Assembly (NCBI GenBank): GCA_025786725.1
Contig: JAHLTZ010000030.1
Location: forward strand, 248,001 to 312,000
Length of the DNA stretch: 64,000 nucleotides
Direction: 5' to 3'
Origin: Syncephalis fuscata S228
Lineage: Eukaryota > Fungi > Zoopagomycota
Position numbers and translations under genes: made by a program
Part shown: positions 1-13,921 of the stretch, piece after piece
Position numbering within the stretch: position 1 is the first letter of the stretch
Layout: every line of letters begins with the position of its first letter
Notes under the pieces: model-generated
Seen by the model: only the letters and a program-made list of their open reading frames with translations
Databases searched by the model: none
Told to the model about the DNA's origin: nothing

Positions 1-827
1 GTTTCCATGACCCAAATGGTAAATCGACGAATATCATTGAATGGCTGCAAATCCTTGTTATGAAAACGTACATTAATATAACTATAATAATAGCAATAAT
101 AAAAATTAGTTAATTAAACAATAAATGCATATATTACTTACCAAACAGGTCGTTTGTTATGATCAGTATTGTGAATATACGATTGACCAATTGTTAATGG
201 ACGTGTATTCAATCCGGCTTCACCCTCTCTAATGATACCGGCCACGTCTTCACGTATACGCCATTGAAGGGTTGTCATAGCCACGCCCAATGCCTTAACA
301 ACGGACCATTTACGGGCCCGTAGAAATCGCAACAATAAACTATCTGGATGATCGTGCATAATTAGATTCCAAAACTCTTGTTGCAACTCTTCAAGTGACA
401 CGGGTCGCTTTGAACTGCACGTAACATCTTCGTCTTCGGCGTCGGCTGCTTTGGGACGAGCCATTGAGGTAACGGTACTCAATCCATTGGCCAGACCGCC
501 CCAAAAGCCGCCCTTCTTTTTGGGTGCGTTATCTTCAGCCGCAGCCGCCGCCGCCGCAGCTGCAGCTTCAGCTTCGGCATCCTCTGCCGGTGTGGCAGTA
601 GCGGTATCGCCATTTCGCTTCAACACAATATCCACAAAGGCCTCCTCAATACCCAGCGATTTAATACGCTGTTGATCGTCATAGAGAAAGGCCAATAAAC
701 CATCCCACATTTGACGTAGACATTCTTGTTGGGCCGTAGTAAGTGCGCCTAAATGACCATAGGGCCGTCCATCTTCAGTCTTGGTGCCCATGGCCGTAGC
801 CGCTTCTTGTTCAACACTGTTCGACAT
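1..827 (-). CDS. CRAL-TRIO/Sec14-family phosphatidylinositol transfer protein (Csr1/Sfh2-like), 5' part; continues beyond window start
   Basis: CRAL-TRIO N-terminal motif DHPDSLLLRFLRARKW...TLQWR. A GT-AG intron at 141..82 joins RPVC to YINVRFHNKDLQPFNDIRRFTIWVME. ATG at 827. Confidence 0.9.
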
Positions 828-2009
828 GATATCGTAGATGGACAAATAGAGTCGTTGCTGCTATAATTGTTGTTGTTGTTGTTGTTATTGTTTTCAACAA
901 ATAGTAATCACAACTATAACCAAATAGATATTAGTATTGCAATAGTGTCTAAAAAACAATTTGTTGTTGTCGTTATATTAAAACAAGCAGACAAGTGATG
1001 CATTAAGCAAAAGTTTTACGCTTTTACTACATTTGATACCGCGAAACTAGCACAACAATTGCCTGTGCCAGATGAAACTTGCCCTTACAAGTGTCAGATG
1101 TATATTACTAATAATACCCACACGTTATGACGTAAATAATAGCACTAATAGCTTTCAATAGTCTTCAATGATACAATAGTATTATAGTAATACAATTATT
1201 AATGGCTCATATACCCCCATACTACTTCTATTCACCATTCCACTCTCTAGCTAGTCACCAGTCCTTCTTCTCTTTTATAAACAGCTGAATAAACTTACAT
1301 GAAAGAGTTAGGTAGTAAAGAGGTGCCAATAACAATGGGGAGAGATGAGAATAATAGTGGTTTATCTTGCAATTGTGGTCGGCTGTGCGTCACGAGTCTT
1401 TTAAATGATGCGGATAAAAATAGACCGAGCCCTTCAGCTGATTAAACAAGAACTGTCAATAGAAGGAAAAGTTACTATTTATTTCCACCAATCGCTACTT
1501 TTAATTCAGCTATTTTACAGACGAATTAGCATAATAACAATGCTATTAACATTATTAATACTGTTAATGTTGCTAATAATAAAGAATTTATTGTTTATTG
1601 TTTATTGTTTATGGATAATAGAATACAAGTGTACACAATCCCTTTATATCATATAGTGTAACCATGCTGTATCTATAAACCACTGCAATTATAGTTTTAC
1701 TTAACCAAGCTGCTATTGCAGTATCGCTTGAATCATCATGTGGGATTATATGAGGATTGGTTACGGTAAAAAAAAACGCAAAAATCATACCCCATTTAAA
1801 GTTTAACAAAATAGTCTGTTGGGAAAACTGGCTTAGTGTAAAATTGCATCTATATGGTCATTAGATTATTTCAAATATAGCCAATAGTCATTCAATGGCA
1901 TGACCAAAGCTAGTAAGAGGAGGGATAGTGACATAATTCATAGTACTTGGGTGCAAAATAGCCAGTAGCCTAAAAACACTAACTATTTAATGCTGTTGAA
2001 CAATGTAAT

Positions 2010-2470
2010 GATATATGCATACTGGGTAATAAGTTATGATTATGAGTATTTTGGTGATTGTGTTGGTGTTTGTTTTTGGTGACCAAATGACTAACACTTA
2101 ATAACATTTTTACTATTGAACATGATGATGGACGGTGAGTGACATCAATCATCAAATACTCATCATTGTAGATTCATTATTTAGTATGCATATATTCTTA
2201 TTCAATTACATCTTCAACAGTGTATGTTTATATATTTCAACACGTTATTTGGTTCTCTAATTGTGTTATATGCACTATAACTTTGACGTCATTATATATA
2301 TATATTCTATTGTATATTCATCCTGTGCAATATAATTCCATCATATAACGGTAATGCGCTACTCAAAACCAATGTTTTTTTACCACTAGCTGTATTATTA
2401 ATAAACTTTGACCCAGCTCATTTATTTTGCTCATTGAGTTGGAATATAGAACAAACAATACAGGTATGCT
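2010..2470. repeat. Dispersed repeat family A, copy 1, with internal inverted repeat
   Basis: Core ctattgaacatgatgatgg..gtgacatca..catcaaatactcatcattgtagattcattat..agtatgcatatat recurs at ~6990 and ~52580, and inverted at ~7510-7640. 2390-2470 also matches ~53060-53140. Confidence 0.8.
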
Positions 2471-2569
2471 GTTACGATTCTGATATTATGTTATATTATT
2501 ATGATGTTATGACTAATAAACTATATTTGGCGTTAAATGCCATTTTTCTAATAATTTATTATTTGCTAA

Positions 2570-4050
2570 TAACATGCTCTACAATAATGAGTTATTTTGG
2601 TAGTGAAATAACCTTAATACATTTATTCAATTACTTAATGGACCTATTATTTACTAATAACATGTTCTGTGAGTAGTTTTGATCTCTAGTAGAATTACTA
2701 TTACTAATTCGCTTATATTCACTAAATATCTGACAATCTACGTTCACACTTTTCTTTCTTTTTCTCCACACTTGACAGCATTCCCCATTGCATATACTTA
2801 TACGCTACATATATGCTACTTAATTGGTGTCAGTAACTGCTGGCTACTAGTCAAGTGCAAACACTCTTTACATTACTCTCTTGCATTGCTTTTCTTTACT
2901 CTTACCTTTTTGCAAATTGCCTTATCCAATTTGAACATTGGTATTGACAGCTTCTTTAACGCGGTAGGTGCCTTTCTGGTTTGTTTCTACGCTATGTTGA
3001 TTATATGCTATATTTCGCTATAGATTGCCACTAGAGGTCAGCTATTGCCTGCTTTACTATTCCAACAGTGGCAGCGTAATCTACTACTGTCGAGACGGTG
3101 CAGGCTGCTGTCAGTAGAGCTGCGGCGGCATTCTATAGCAAAAACAGCGTATACAGTGATTCTGGCGGCATATAACTAGCATAGTCGCCATGTATAGCTG
3201 CCTTATGCATACACCATAATATTAGTAAATCGAACTGCTAGTATAGTTGCTAAGTAAGTCTTCAGCGCCAGTACAACAGCGCGAGTTGCTACTGTCGCTA
3301 TTACTGTATGTGCACAGCTGTCAATACGATGACTGTGGTGACTATAAGCGCTGTTACTTCTCTACCAAGTATCTTTTCTGTTTTATTCTACTACCTGAAC
3401 ATTCTCGCTCAACACTACTTCTTTCTAAACATCGGCGTTTTCAAATGCAACAACTAATGCAATACCTAACACGCTAACTGTGTAGACTGTAGTATATTTG
3501 AGCAATTGTTGCTATTTGATCATTATCACCAACGGCTACAGGCTCTGTAATCTATGAACAGACATTGGTGTATATGCTGTCGTTTGATTAACAGCGTCTT
3601 CCATAGCATCCTGCTTAGTATGTAGTCAGTGGTACTTGTACGGTGCTTTATTTACATTCTAATTATTGCATTAGTTGTCCTGAGCCGGTACTGTAACTGG
3701 TGTCAATGTTTATGACAGGTTGCCGTTTGACAGTCTCTGACTATGTCTTATCAGTCTACATTTAAAGCATTTGCCGTTTCTTTGAAGTTACAGGTAAGCA
3801 TTGTTATGTTTTATTAAATATGTATTATTGTGCGGACAAAGACGGTGTAGCACAAATAGCCATGTACGCTTTTATAATCGGCTGTTTACTATGGTAAGAC
3901 AACTGGCGCTGCTACATAATAAATATTTGCTTATTTCTACCTCAAACCACTTACCGTTTGCTCAACTGTTATTTTTGTGTAAGTATTTGCATATGTCGTG
4001 TTAGTGTTGCTGTTTGCATTCATGTTACTATACTTTATTTCCAAATAATA
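2570..4050 (+). repeat. Dispersed repeat family B, copy 1 (degenerate, no intact ORF)
   Basis: Aligns by eye to the reverse complement of ~38480-39640, e.g. ctagtatagttgctaagtaagtcttcagcgccagtaca vs ctagtatagtcgctgagcaagtctttagcgccagtaca. Boundaries approximate. Confidence 0.75.
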
Positions 4051-4319
4051 CCGACTTTAGGAAAGATTCCAAGTTATCTTTTTTACCATGCTAGAATATA
4101 AATAGTATAAATTCAGGTGAATAGTCAAATAAAGTATAAAATATTAATAATAAGGATGCTATATATGCACTGAAGTGATCCAAATTAAAATTTACAAAAT
4201 ATAACTAGTAACAAATAAACAAGTTTTATTAATAATGCATGATGAGTAGAGTAGCTATTATACCACTAACTGTTTACTAGTATAGGCAATAATAGCTATT
4301 TGTGTCATTGACTGTTTAG

Positions 4320-5398
4320 TGGGAAATCTGAAAATACACTATTTTTAAAATTATTAGTAAAATACACGTTTTTAAATTTTAAATAAATTTAAATTATTAA
4401 AATACTAGCTATATTGGCATTATAATAAACATATCAACATCTTTAATTCTATATTCCTTTATTTGCTTTAGTTGCAAGTGTTGTTCAGTTATTAAAAGCT
4501 CAACTATGGTAATCAATAATTAAAAAACACTCATTTATTGTTTATTTTATATTAGCATCATGTTTATACTATATCAATACGAGTAATTAATTAGTAATCA
4601 CTAATGCTTAAATAATAGAAGTAAGCGTAAAGAATTGGTAGCCATTAAGTTGCTGGTCGTCACAGTGTGCCACAAGTAACTGTAATAGTCTAACTGTATC
4701 TTCAATCACATACAATGTTTAATGGACTGCTTAAAAAAGCTATATTTACCAGTACCAAAAAACTGAGGATTACTATTGGCGAGTTTAGGCTTGTTGGCAA
4801 TTGTAATTTTAAAAGAAAATATTGATTCAACAAAAATTTGTCTTATTTGCCCTTTTAAAAACAATTCCGACAATAAACGTCGGTTTGTTTTAACTGCCAG
4901 AAAACAGAAAGCAGACTTAGTAAAGATTGTTCAATGAAATTTTAACCATTTAATGGCTGCCCATATGATTGTGATAATAATACTATTAAAGAGATTAATA
5001 AATATATTATAAATGGTGTTGTTACATTTTCAAATGTAAAAGCAAAAGATATACAAATAAAAGCGTTAGTTACATATTTACATATTCAATATACATTAAC
5101 AATTGTAATAGCTTAATAGATGTTATTGTTTTTTATTAAAAAGTTTGATTTGCCTTTGATTTAATAAAAGAAATAAAAGTAGTATCTTATTCAAGTGTTT
5201 TAATATCAATTTAATAAAAACATTATTAGTATCAAATGACTTTAACTTATAAAAATAGCTTAAATTAGCAGATTTATAACAAAAGTCGTGGTTGTATAAA
5301 TTCTGATATAAACGAAAATGATTTAGTTAATAGTCTAGAATTTAAAACAGTGTATTTTTCTAAATAAAATAAAAAACGGTCATTTTTGTAGATTCCCC
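4320..5398. mobile_element. Degraded non-autonomous TIR element, Mutator/MULE-like
   Basis: Imperfect ~60 bp terminal inverted repeats (tgggaaatct...aaaatacac..tttaaatt / aatttaaaacagtgtatttt...agattcccc). Flanked by actgtttag (4311-4319) and attatttaa (5399-5407), a possible decayed 9-bp TSD. Confidence 0.55.
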
Positions 5399-6659
5399 AT
5401 TATTTAAAGTTACATACTACAAATGCATGCAAGTGATACAAGTACAAAACACTTATTGAAATAGTTCAACTCCATTATTTAGTATGAACATTATAAACAT
5501 TGGTTATATGCTTATTATACTTTTTATTGTTTAGTTATAAAAATAATGTTATTTATAAAGTTAATAATAGCAAAGGTAAATACACCTGAACAGTTGAAAA
5601 TTGCCGTCGCCAACTGTTGCTACTGAAGCTGATTCTTTGTTTTTGTCTACAAAGTGTTGTAAAACTCTTGTGAATGATTGCAGCTATTCCGTATGGCGTA
5701 GGCCATATATTTGGGCAAATTTGGGCAAATTGTAATTTGTTTGTAACCCGTGGACGTGATCTGCACGTAATAAACGAGCTGCAAAGCGCGTTATATTTTA
5801 TTGATAATATCGAGGGTTAGCAAATATGACGCTAAATGGTTATGCAACCATAGCGAACTTGGATCATCAGTATAATCACATGGTATTTTAATAATACTGA
5901 CCCTGCTATAATAATTCAAGTAAATCGCCATTTGCTATATATTTACTGATGATACAAAGGCTGACCGCTTTGATCTCTATCAGAAGACTATTGCCAACCA
6001 AGTGCCAGCTTTGTGCAGCTTTAGCTGCAAGGTAAAATTCTCGACGATTATCATTGCCATGTAATCTATTGTCGCCGGTTCCAAGCCATATTAGACGTGA
6101 CACATTTCCATACGTTTGTCCTTCAATCAATTCAAGAGCTCTTCGTTTAGGTCCACACTTTTACTCCTCAATGCATGCTCATGTATAGTCTCAAGATGAC
6201 ATTTGAGTGAGCCTTTTATAGTTAGCACTCTTGGGCATTGATCACAGGCAAAAGGTGGAAATGATGATAGCGAATTGTAGCTCTATTTAGATGTAAGAAA
6301 ACAGCGTTAATTATGTATTAGCAGCATTTTATTAAATATATGCATTATTATCCATTTTTAATAAATAACTTTTATTTAGATGGATTTAAAGTATATCAAT
6401 TGTAATTTTATATAAGCAAAAGTAATAAATTTCTGCTAGGATTCAAATAGCGTGTGTGTGTGTGTGTGCAAGGTGTATAAATTCATATTTGTTATATGAA
6501 TGCATTTTATTTATATAGGCTAGTAGGCTATCACCTTCCCTTTCCTAAATATATTAATGTATCATATCTTTACATAGATTGGCTTAAAAATTTTATGTGA
6601 CAGTAATTTCTAGATGATGAGTTTTTTAGAATACTTTTTAGCAATGTAGTTATTGTTTT

Positions 6660-7700
6660 ACTGATGACATTGCTTTATGGTTGTATTTATTTCTATTGTT
6701 TATTGCCTGTCATTCATACTACGCCCATTATTTCACAAATGATACTATTCTATAATTACATGTACTTTTATGCAACTGATCTTTATTTTTTCTTTTATTC
6801 TACCACTTGAACAACTTCCTCATTTGTATTTCAATTTGTTCATAGTCTTTTTATGTACAATGCCATTCGATTTATGGCTTGTATATATCATCTCATTTAT
6901 TAATTAAATAAAGTAATCCTTTTACATTAAATAACTTATTGATGATTTATTGTTTTATTTGGTGGTTAAATGACTAACATTTAATAGCATTCAATCTATT
7001 AAACATGATGGTGGGTGATAAGTGACATCAGTGATCAAATACTCATCATTGTAGATTCATTATCCAGTATGTATATATTTAGTACGTACATATCTCTATT
7101 CACCTATATTATTTCCATTCTGTCTCACGTTATTATATATTATTGTACGATATACTAGACACATTTTATCCTTATATACACCAACACACTTTACTCATTC
7201 TACTTATTGCGTTATATGCACTATAGGTTTAACTTTATTTTATATAATTTTTCACGTATATTTATGATTTTATGTATCATTTTATACTCGCATAGCTTTT
7301 CTCTATTCAATGCTATTTTTGTTTTTGTTCTGACTTTATTATTAAAAAAGTTCGACTAATGTCGGTCATCTGCTTAATAACTTCAACATCGCTAATGTCG
7401 TTCAATATTGTATATTCATTACAATGTTTATCATGTCAGTTAGTTATTATTTTAATGTTAATCAAGCAAAGTGCGAGGTATATATAGTAATAACACATAC
7501 TGTGATGATATATGCATACTGGATAATGAATCTATGATGATGATGATTTGACGATTGATGTCACTTACCACCCATCATCATCATCATGTTTAAAATTCAA
7601 AATATTATTAAATATAGTCATTTAACCATCAAATCATACAACACTTTAATAATTTATTCATTTAATTCAACTCACTAATCGACTTTATATTTAATGAATT
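6660..7700. repeat. Dispersed repeat family A, longest copy, with long inverted repeat (~6950-7080 vs ~7505-7640)
   Basis: 6740-6950 matches 26310-26540, 6990-7420 matches 52575-52995, and 7505-7640 is the reverse complement of 6950-7080. Confidence 0.85.
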
Positions 7701-7732
7701 TAATATTAATTAATCATACTAATGCTTTATTC

Positions 7733-7764
<32 letters not shown>

Positions 7765-7765
7765 T
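7733..7765. repeat. (AAT)n microsatellite
   Basis: Direct reading of the taataataa... run. Confidence 0.9.
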
Positions 7766-7816
7766 AATAAACACCACACACACACATACAAATCTATTCT
7801 CCTACGACTTGCTGTC

Positions 7817-10800
7817 TTACAATATGCCATACACGCTCTTGTAGTACTTCATCAGTACAATGAAGCGGAATAGTGCTAGGGCAATCATGGCTAGCATCAT
7901 CGGTATCCAAAAGAGGAATATAACACGATCTCGTCGTCGTCGTCGTCGTCGTTCAAGTGTAGCAGTGCGTGGTGGTGTATTAATCACTGCCGATGCTTGT
8001 TGTTCCTCGCAAGTAATCGTGCGACTCATCGTTTCACCTACAAAATCAATAGGGGCTATCACTGTGGTTACTCTATTAGCAGTATGACTAGCCATAGTCG
8101 TGGTGGGTGAGCCGCACCCCTCCTCTTGAGCTAGTAGTTCGGTGGATTGATAAATAGCCTTTTCACGAGGTAATGGTATACTCGTTATTTCTTCTTTTAT
8201 AATAGTCATGGCCCTGCTATGATCAGATTGACCCGATATCATACGCCATACTTGAACTACTGGTGCAAAGGTCAATCCTATTCCATTTGATGACGGTGCA
8301 GTTGGCGATGACAAAGCCTTTTCTGCCGTTTTGGTAGACATGCCCGACCATTTCCATCCTTGTATCCAGTTGGGCCATGTCTTTTCCGTATTAGATGTAT
8401 TTACTTCTGCCGATTCTTTAACATCCAGTTGAATATCAATAACACTTGTGGATGAATATGGTGGTGGTGCTGTCGATGGCGTCATTAATAACAATGGCAT
8501 AGATGATTCCGGCTGTAATGGTGCAGCAATATCGACACCATTATAAAGATCGGCTATTGACGTCTCTTCTTCCTCTTCTTCTTCAATCGTTTCCATCGCT
8601 TTATTGGCTAATAAAGTAACAATGTTATCATGTGATCGTTGACGTGCCATATCAATTGGTAGTTGATCTGCATAATTGGTCACATCAATCAATGCACCAG
8701 CGGTTAATAACTGTTCTACAATAGACCGGTGACCTGTCCAAGCAGCATAGTGTAATGCCGTGAATCCATAGCTATCCTGTGCATCCAATGCAATACCATG
8801 AACAATTAAGAACCGACTTAATCGATCAAGACCAAGTAGTGTCGCTAGATGAAGCATAGTATGTTGTGTATTATTAGGCACTGAAATATCTGCTGCATTA
8901 TCACCATCAATCACTTGAAGTACATGTAAACTTTGTAGTACCATGGCTTCAAAGTCTAATGAGCGAGATGCTTCAGTGGTAGCAGTTGTTGTAGATAGCA
9001 ACGCTAATGCATCCGTAGCCAATACAACACTCGAGTGACTGTGTTGTCGATCCTGTGTACCTTCACCATGACTATTACTGCCACTACCATGACTATTATG
9101 CGATTCATCACCAACAATACGCATTGCTATTCGGTGAGCTTCTTCAAGTTGTCCCGTCATACGCAGTCCAACCACTTGTAGTGCTAGTTCCATCAATGCT
9201 CTATCCGTACCACCGGTATAGGTGAACAGTGCTACACCTTCCATGCCTGGCGATTCCTTCAATGTTACCGGTACAGGTCCAGGAACCGGCGATGGTGGCA
9301 ATAAACACACTAATGTACTGGATGACCAGAAATGAGTTGGTAAGGCAGCCATGCTGCCAAACATTAATGTAACACCAGGATAGAAATGCGCGCCCAATAC
9401 AGTAATCTCTAATCCACCGTGCATTGGACCTTCACTCGGTACCACACGATCAATACGTGGTGGCAATTCACTAGTCTGAGTGGTAGGTAGTATAGGTAAT
9501 GCCGATAACATAGCTGGTGATGGTGTAGTGGCAGTAACAGCACTAATAGCATCTGTACTAGTGGCTATGGATATCGGTGTCGTTGCCGTCAAACCATTCG
9601 CTGACTGGTAAATAGATGTAGATTGATTATGTAATTGTAACTGTAATAATGCATGGGCTTGCATCATTTCAGGACTTGATACAACACTTGATCCATGCAT
9701 TGAATAGTCATTAGCAGCTATATTGGCAGTAGTAGTTGCTATAGTAGTTCTAATGTTATTTTCATCAATCTCTTGTGGTGTTGTAGGTGTCATTGATGCA
9801 GATGTCCATGCATCAGAGAACAAATTCGTTGAATGAATAGGGAATGTATTGTTAGACATGTCAAATGTTGAAGTAGCTGTAGTAGGTGTTGTAATATCCA
9901 TCGAGTCATAGAAAGATGACGATAATGGTTGTTGTTGTTGTTGTTGCCATGTCATTGGAGTAGATACCATTTCTGATAATGGTGATGTCAACATTTCACT
10001 TAATGATTGAGCTGGTGAATGTGGTGTTGATACTTCAATCGGTAATGGTGATGCCCTAATACTAGTAGTTGTAGTAGTATTTGTAGTAGTGACTGATGGT
10101 TGTGTTAATGATAATGGTAACTGTCTAGGTGTATTACTACTACTGTTATTACTGTTATTACTAGAATCATTAAAACTTATTTCTTCACTTGTTTCCTTTA
10201 ATATCTTGCCAGTACTTAATGATTCCCTTCGAGCTGTTCTTTCCTCTTTAACGGCACTGTATTCACTTTGTGATTGACGGCGTTTTGCTTCTATTCCCTT
10301 CTTGCTTGCCTTATGATCATCGGTAATCATAATAGGTGGAGATGTGCCCATGGCAATAACACGGCCTATATTATCCTTGACAGTAAATAATATACTATTG
10401 ACGATCATTAGTTTATTATATAAACTATATACGTAGATAACCACTTACCAAAAGCCTTTCTTTTCCATATGATGTCTACAATAACAAGTGATTCGAGTGG
10501 GAAGTATTGTGCCACCACTAGTAAAATCCAGATCTTGATTACAATTGAATAACACAATTTTAGTCTTTTCCCGTTCCAATACCTAATAATAAGCGTCATT
10601 AGCTATTAGGCAATATAAGCCTATAATAAATAAACGCACTTCTTTATCTTCCAGATTTAGAAAATCTGTTTTGCCTGTCTTTTCTATTTCTTCTCGAATA
10701 TGTCGATTTTCCTTTTTCCTTAATGTACGTTTACGCTATAATATTATTAATAATATTATGAATATTTATGAATATTTATAAATAATGACTTACTTCTCGT

Positions 10801-12096
10801 TGTACACAGCCAACACAGGTAAATACTCGTCGTGTGGTATCGCTTGAACATACAACAGCCACTTCGAGATTTAATACATCTTCTTCAGGTGTAGGCTCTT
10901 TACCATCACGTCCTATAATAGTAATCGTGAATAAGTAAATACTTTCTATATCGTTGCTATTATTATCTATATAATTACTTACCAATCTTTGAACTACGGC
11001 GCTTTAAACAGTCTCGAGCGACCATATGTTCAGGTAGTCGAAGATGCGTCCATCGTGTTACCTTTTCACCTTCCTGTGTCACTAATTGTAAACACAGCTT
11101 GACTTGCGTCTCTACTCGAGACTTGGCACCTGTTTGTGGTATTCCCAATACACGGATTTGCATTCTACCATTCAATTAATAACCATTAAAACAACACTTA
11201 CAGATCTCTTACCCTTTTTCTAATAATGCTTCAATAGATATTGGTTCTGGTGATAATGACTGTGCCTCAGACAATGAAGATATTAGTGCAGGATCAAGTA
11301 TATCATCGGTATTCATCGTATTATTGGATAGCATGCCATTCTGGTCCATAGATTCACTAAATAAAGTTACTATACTATACTTGTATATTTACTCATTATT
11401 ACTTACAGTGGCCTATTATTACGATAACCGGTAAATGTAGACATTTACGAGCTAAAGCAGGAATGGCCTGAGGATAAGGTGATATATTCAATAACTAATT
11501 ATAGTTATTATTAATCAATATGTATCTATTGATAGTCATCATATCTATTAATAACTTACATTGAAACCACCCAGAAATGGAGGATAACATGCAGCGGTAG
11601 ACATTGCCTCAAGAGTATTTGTATTTGTTGTTTGAGATATTGATCCCAATGGGTGTACCGTATTAAATGTATTGGGCGTAGTTATAAAAGATTCAAATTC
11701 ATGGTGTTGTGAATGATTTAACAATGCATCTAAACTGACCAATGTATTTGTTATAGCATTTTCTTCTTTTACAACAATTTCCTCATCTTCAGCACTTGTA
11801 TCCGTCCATTCACTGCCGGGTGAGTCGGCCTTTTTAAAGTGTGCAACTCTATTCATGATTGGCTGTGACTCCAGTCCAGTTAGATAAGATGTATGAATAG
11901 CATTGAATAGTATATTGTCTATCCCGTTACTATTATTGCCACTGCTATTCTGAATATCGGTTGACTGTTGAACAGTGTTCAAATGGTTACTACTATTCTG
12001 ATTTGTCGTCTCTAGTGATTCATAGCCAAATAAAGGTTCAGGTTCGGCCAAGTGCCGGGTAGGCGATTCACTAAAGTCCATGGTATCGACTTCCAT
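7817..12096 (-). CDS. MGA2: Spt23/Mga2-like ER membrane-bound transcription factor (IPT/TIG + ankyrin repeats + C-terminal TM), multi-exon
   Basis: QIRVLGIPQTGAKSRVETQVKLCLQL, CVGCVQRE and SPPIMITDDHK motifs; IPT domain PRIDRVVPSEGPMHGGLEITVLG; ankyrins HTMLHLA and GFTALHYAAWTG; C-terminal TM DRVIFLFWIPMML. Confidence 0.93.
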
Positions 12097-13428
12097 GGCT
12101 GTAGATGGTGGTGGTGGTTCAAAGTATGGGTGTTACAATATACGTATATATAGTATGTACACAATATAGTATATACACCATCCAAGTAGATCGACACAAT
12201 AGAAATAGTAGCAATATAGAAGTAGATTAGCAATTGGCCGTGTAAAAGATGTAAAAGAATACGATACAGAAAAACAAAACGTGAGAGTAATTTGTAAATA
12301 ACTACCGCTAATCGGAGTATTAGCAATAATAATAATAATAATAATAGCACGCCATTACAGTTGCTATTTTGCCATGCTCTATGGCTATGCTTGTTCTCCT
12401 TTCTCTCTGTCTAATAACCGGTATTTGCACTCTGGTTACAGCCAATCAATAGCCATTATGGTTGTTATTGACAAGTTGTATCCACTGTTCTAACACATAC
12501 CACGCCACTGCTGGCTAATATAAACATCGATATATCGATGACAGCTGCAGTCACACTTTTCAAAAATAAATACTTACCGTACAGTGTTGCATTCAACAAA
12601 CAAATAAGCTAACGAATGAATCACTTGTTCAGTTCACTATAAAGAGTAAATAGTCACAATTCAATTGATAAAGTAAAAGGGTTAAAAGAAAGTAGGCGCA
12701 AAGACATAAAAATAGACACCGATATCAATAGAGAGAAAGTGAAAGTGAGCAAATTGAACAGCGAACAGTGCTTTAAAGGCTAAAAAGATAGGCCTTGACA
12801 GTAGTTGTGTGGCCGTATATAATTTGTACGCGTAACAACGTACAAACAAACAAACAAACAAACAAACGGCAATAGTCGCTATTATCACTCTACTCGATAG
12901 TTGGCTAGTTAATTATTTGAATATAGCCATAAACAACTAGTACTAAATGTATATATAATATGTATATATAAATATACGTAGTCGTATTATAGGGAGAGAG
13001 AGAGAGAGCTGTAGAGACAAGAGATAGAAAATAACGTGCTAATTCAAGTTAATAAAAATTCGTTGGGGCAAATTTATTAATGTAGATCATTAAAGATACG
13101 ATCTCAATGGTGATTAGAAATAACAACATGATGCCATTCAAGTCTTATCAATCATTTAGATCTCGTGTAAATGAACACACTTTGTATCGGGTACAGTAAC
13201 AATCCTATGCCGAAATATAGATAAATATGAATAAACATAATAAACATAATAATAGAATACGTGTTTAATAAATAGTTTGTTAATTAATGTTAGTAGTAAT
13301 TATCAGATAACCGGATCAATCCAATCTATTCTTCCGTTCTTCTTTCTTCCAATTAGTACACTTTTACACTACTTGCTGGTTAACATACCAATCAATCTAT
13401 ACAATAACAATAACAATTATTTGTCACC

Positions 13429-13868
13429 ATGTATCCAACGCTACGTTGTGCCGCAGCTATTATTGCGCCTAAGCCACATGTACCGTTAATTCACTTTATT
13501 GGTAAACGATCATTATTAGGTAGGTACTATATTACTGCTATCAATATAATAAATTAAAATGAACGCGCTTCTACGTAATTACAACAACAAAGCCGCCCAT
13601 CAATCTAGTGGCAGCGATAACAACAATAATACAGCTGTAGGAGGAGAAAAGAAGGCACACAACGTCATTTCATACTCAATTACAGCTGATGAATTGCCAA
13701 AGCGATTCCGTTTCCAATCTATTTCACTAGAAGAAATGGAAGCAGTCGAGGTAAGTTGTTAACAACAATTGTGCTATAAATATTAAACTAAACGATGTAT
13801 TGTTATATTTGTATAATGTTTGGTCATTTCATTATTAGACAGGCGGTGCGACACATCTATCTACCTAG
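13429..13868 (+). CDS. KGD4: Kgd4/Ymr31/MRPS36-family mitochondrial 2-oxoglutarate dehydrogenase adaptor, 3 exons
   Basis: Spliced product MYPTLRCAAAIIAPKPHVPLIHFIGKRS...ELPKRFRFQSISLEEMEAVE|TGGATHLST carries both family motifs (PLIxFIGKR; LPxRF...EEMEAVETGGA). Confidence 0.85.
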
Positions 13869-13921
13869 TACTGCCTATATAAATAATACAATTACTATTT
13901 CTACCAATAATCTAACCTACA

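Noticed and set aside
1405-4004. Short hydrophobic ORFs in the ORF track
   Set aside because: They lie in AT-rich or repeat DNA, often use non-ATG starts and show no recognisable motifs.
5945-5990. Other CTGATGA motifs (also ~6661, ~25868, ~26313) as hammerheads or C/D snoRNAs
   Set aside because: No correctly placed GAAA or stems, and no paired C/D boxes.
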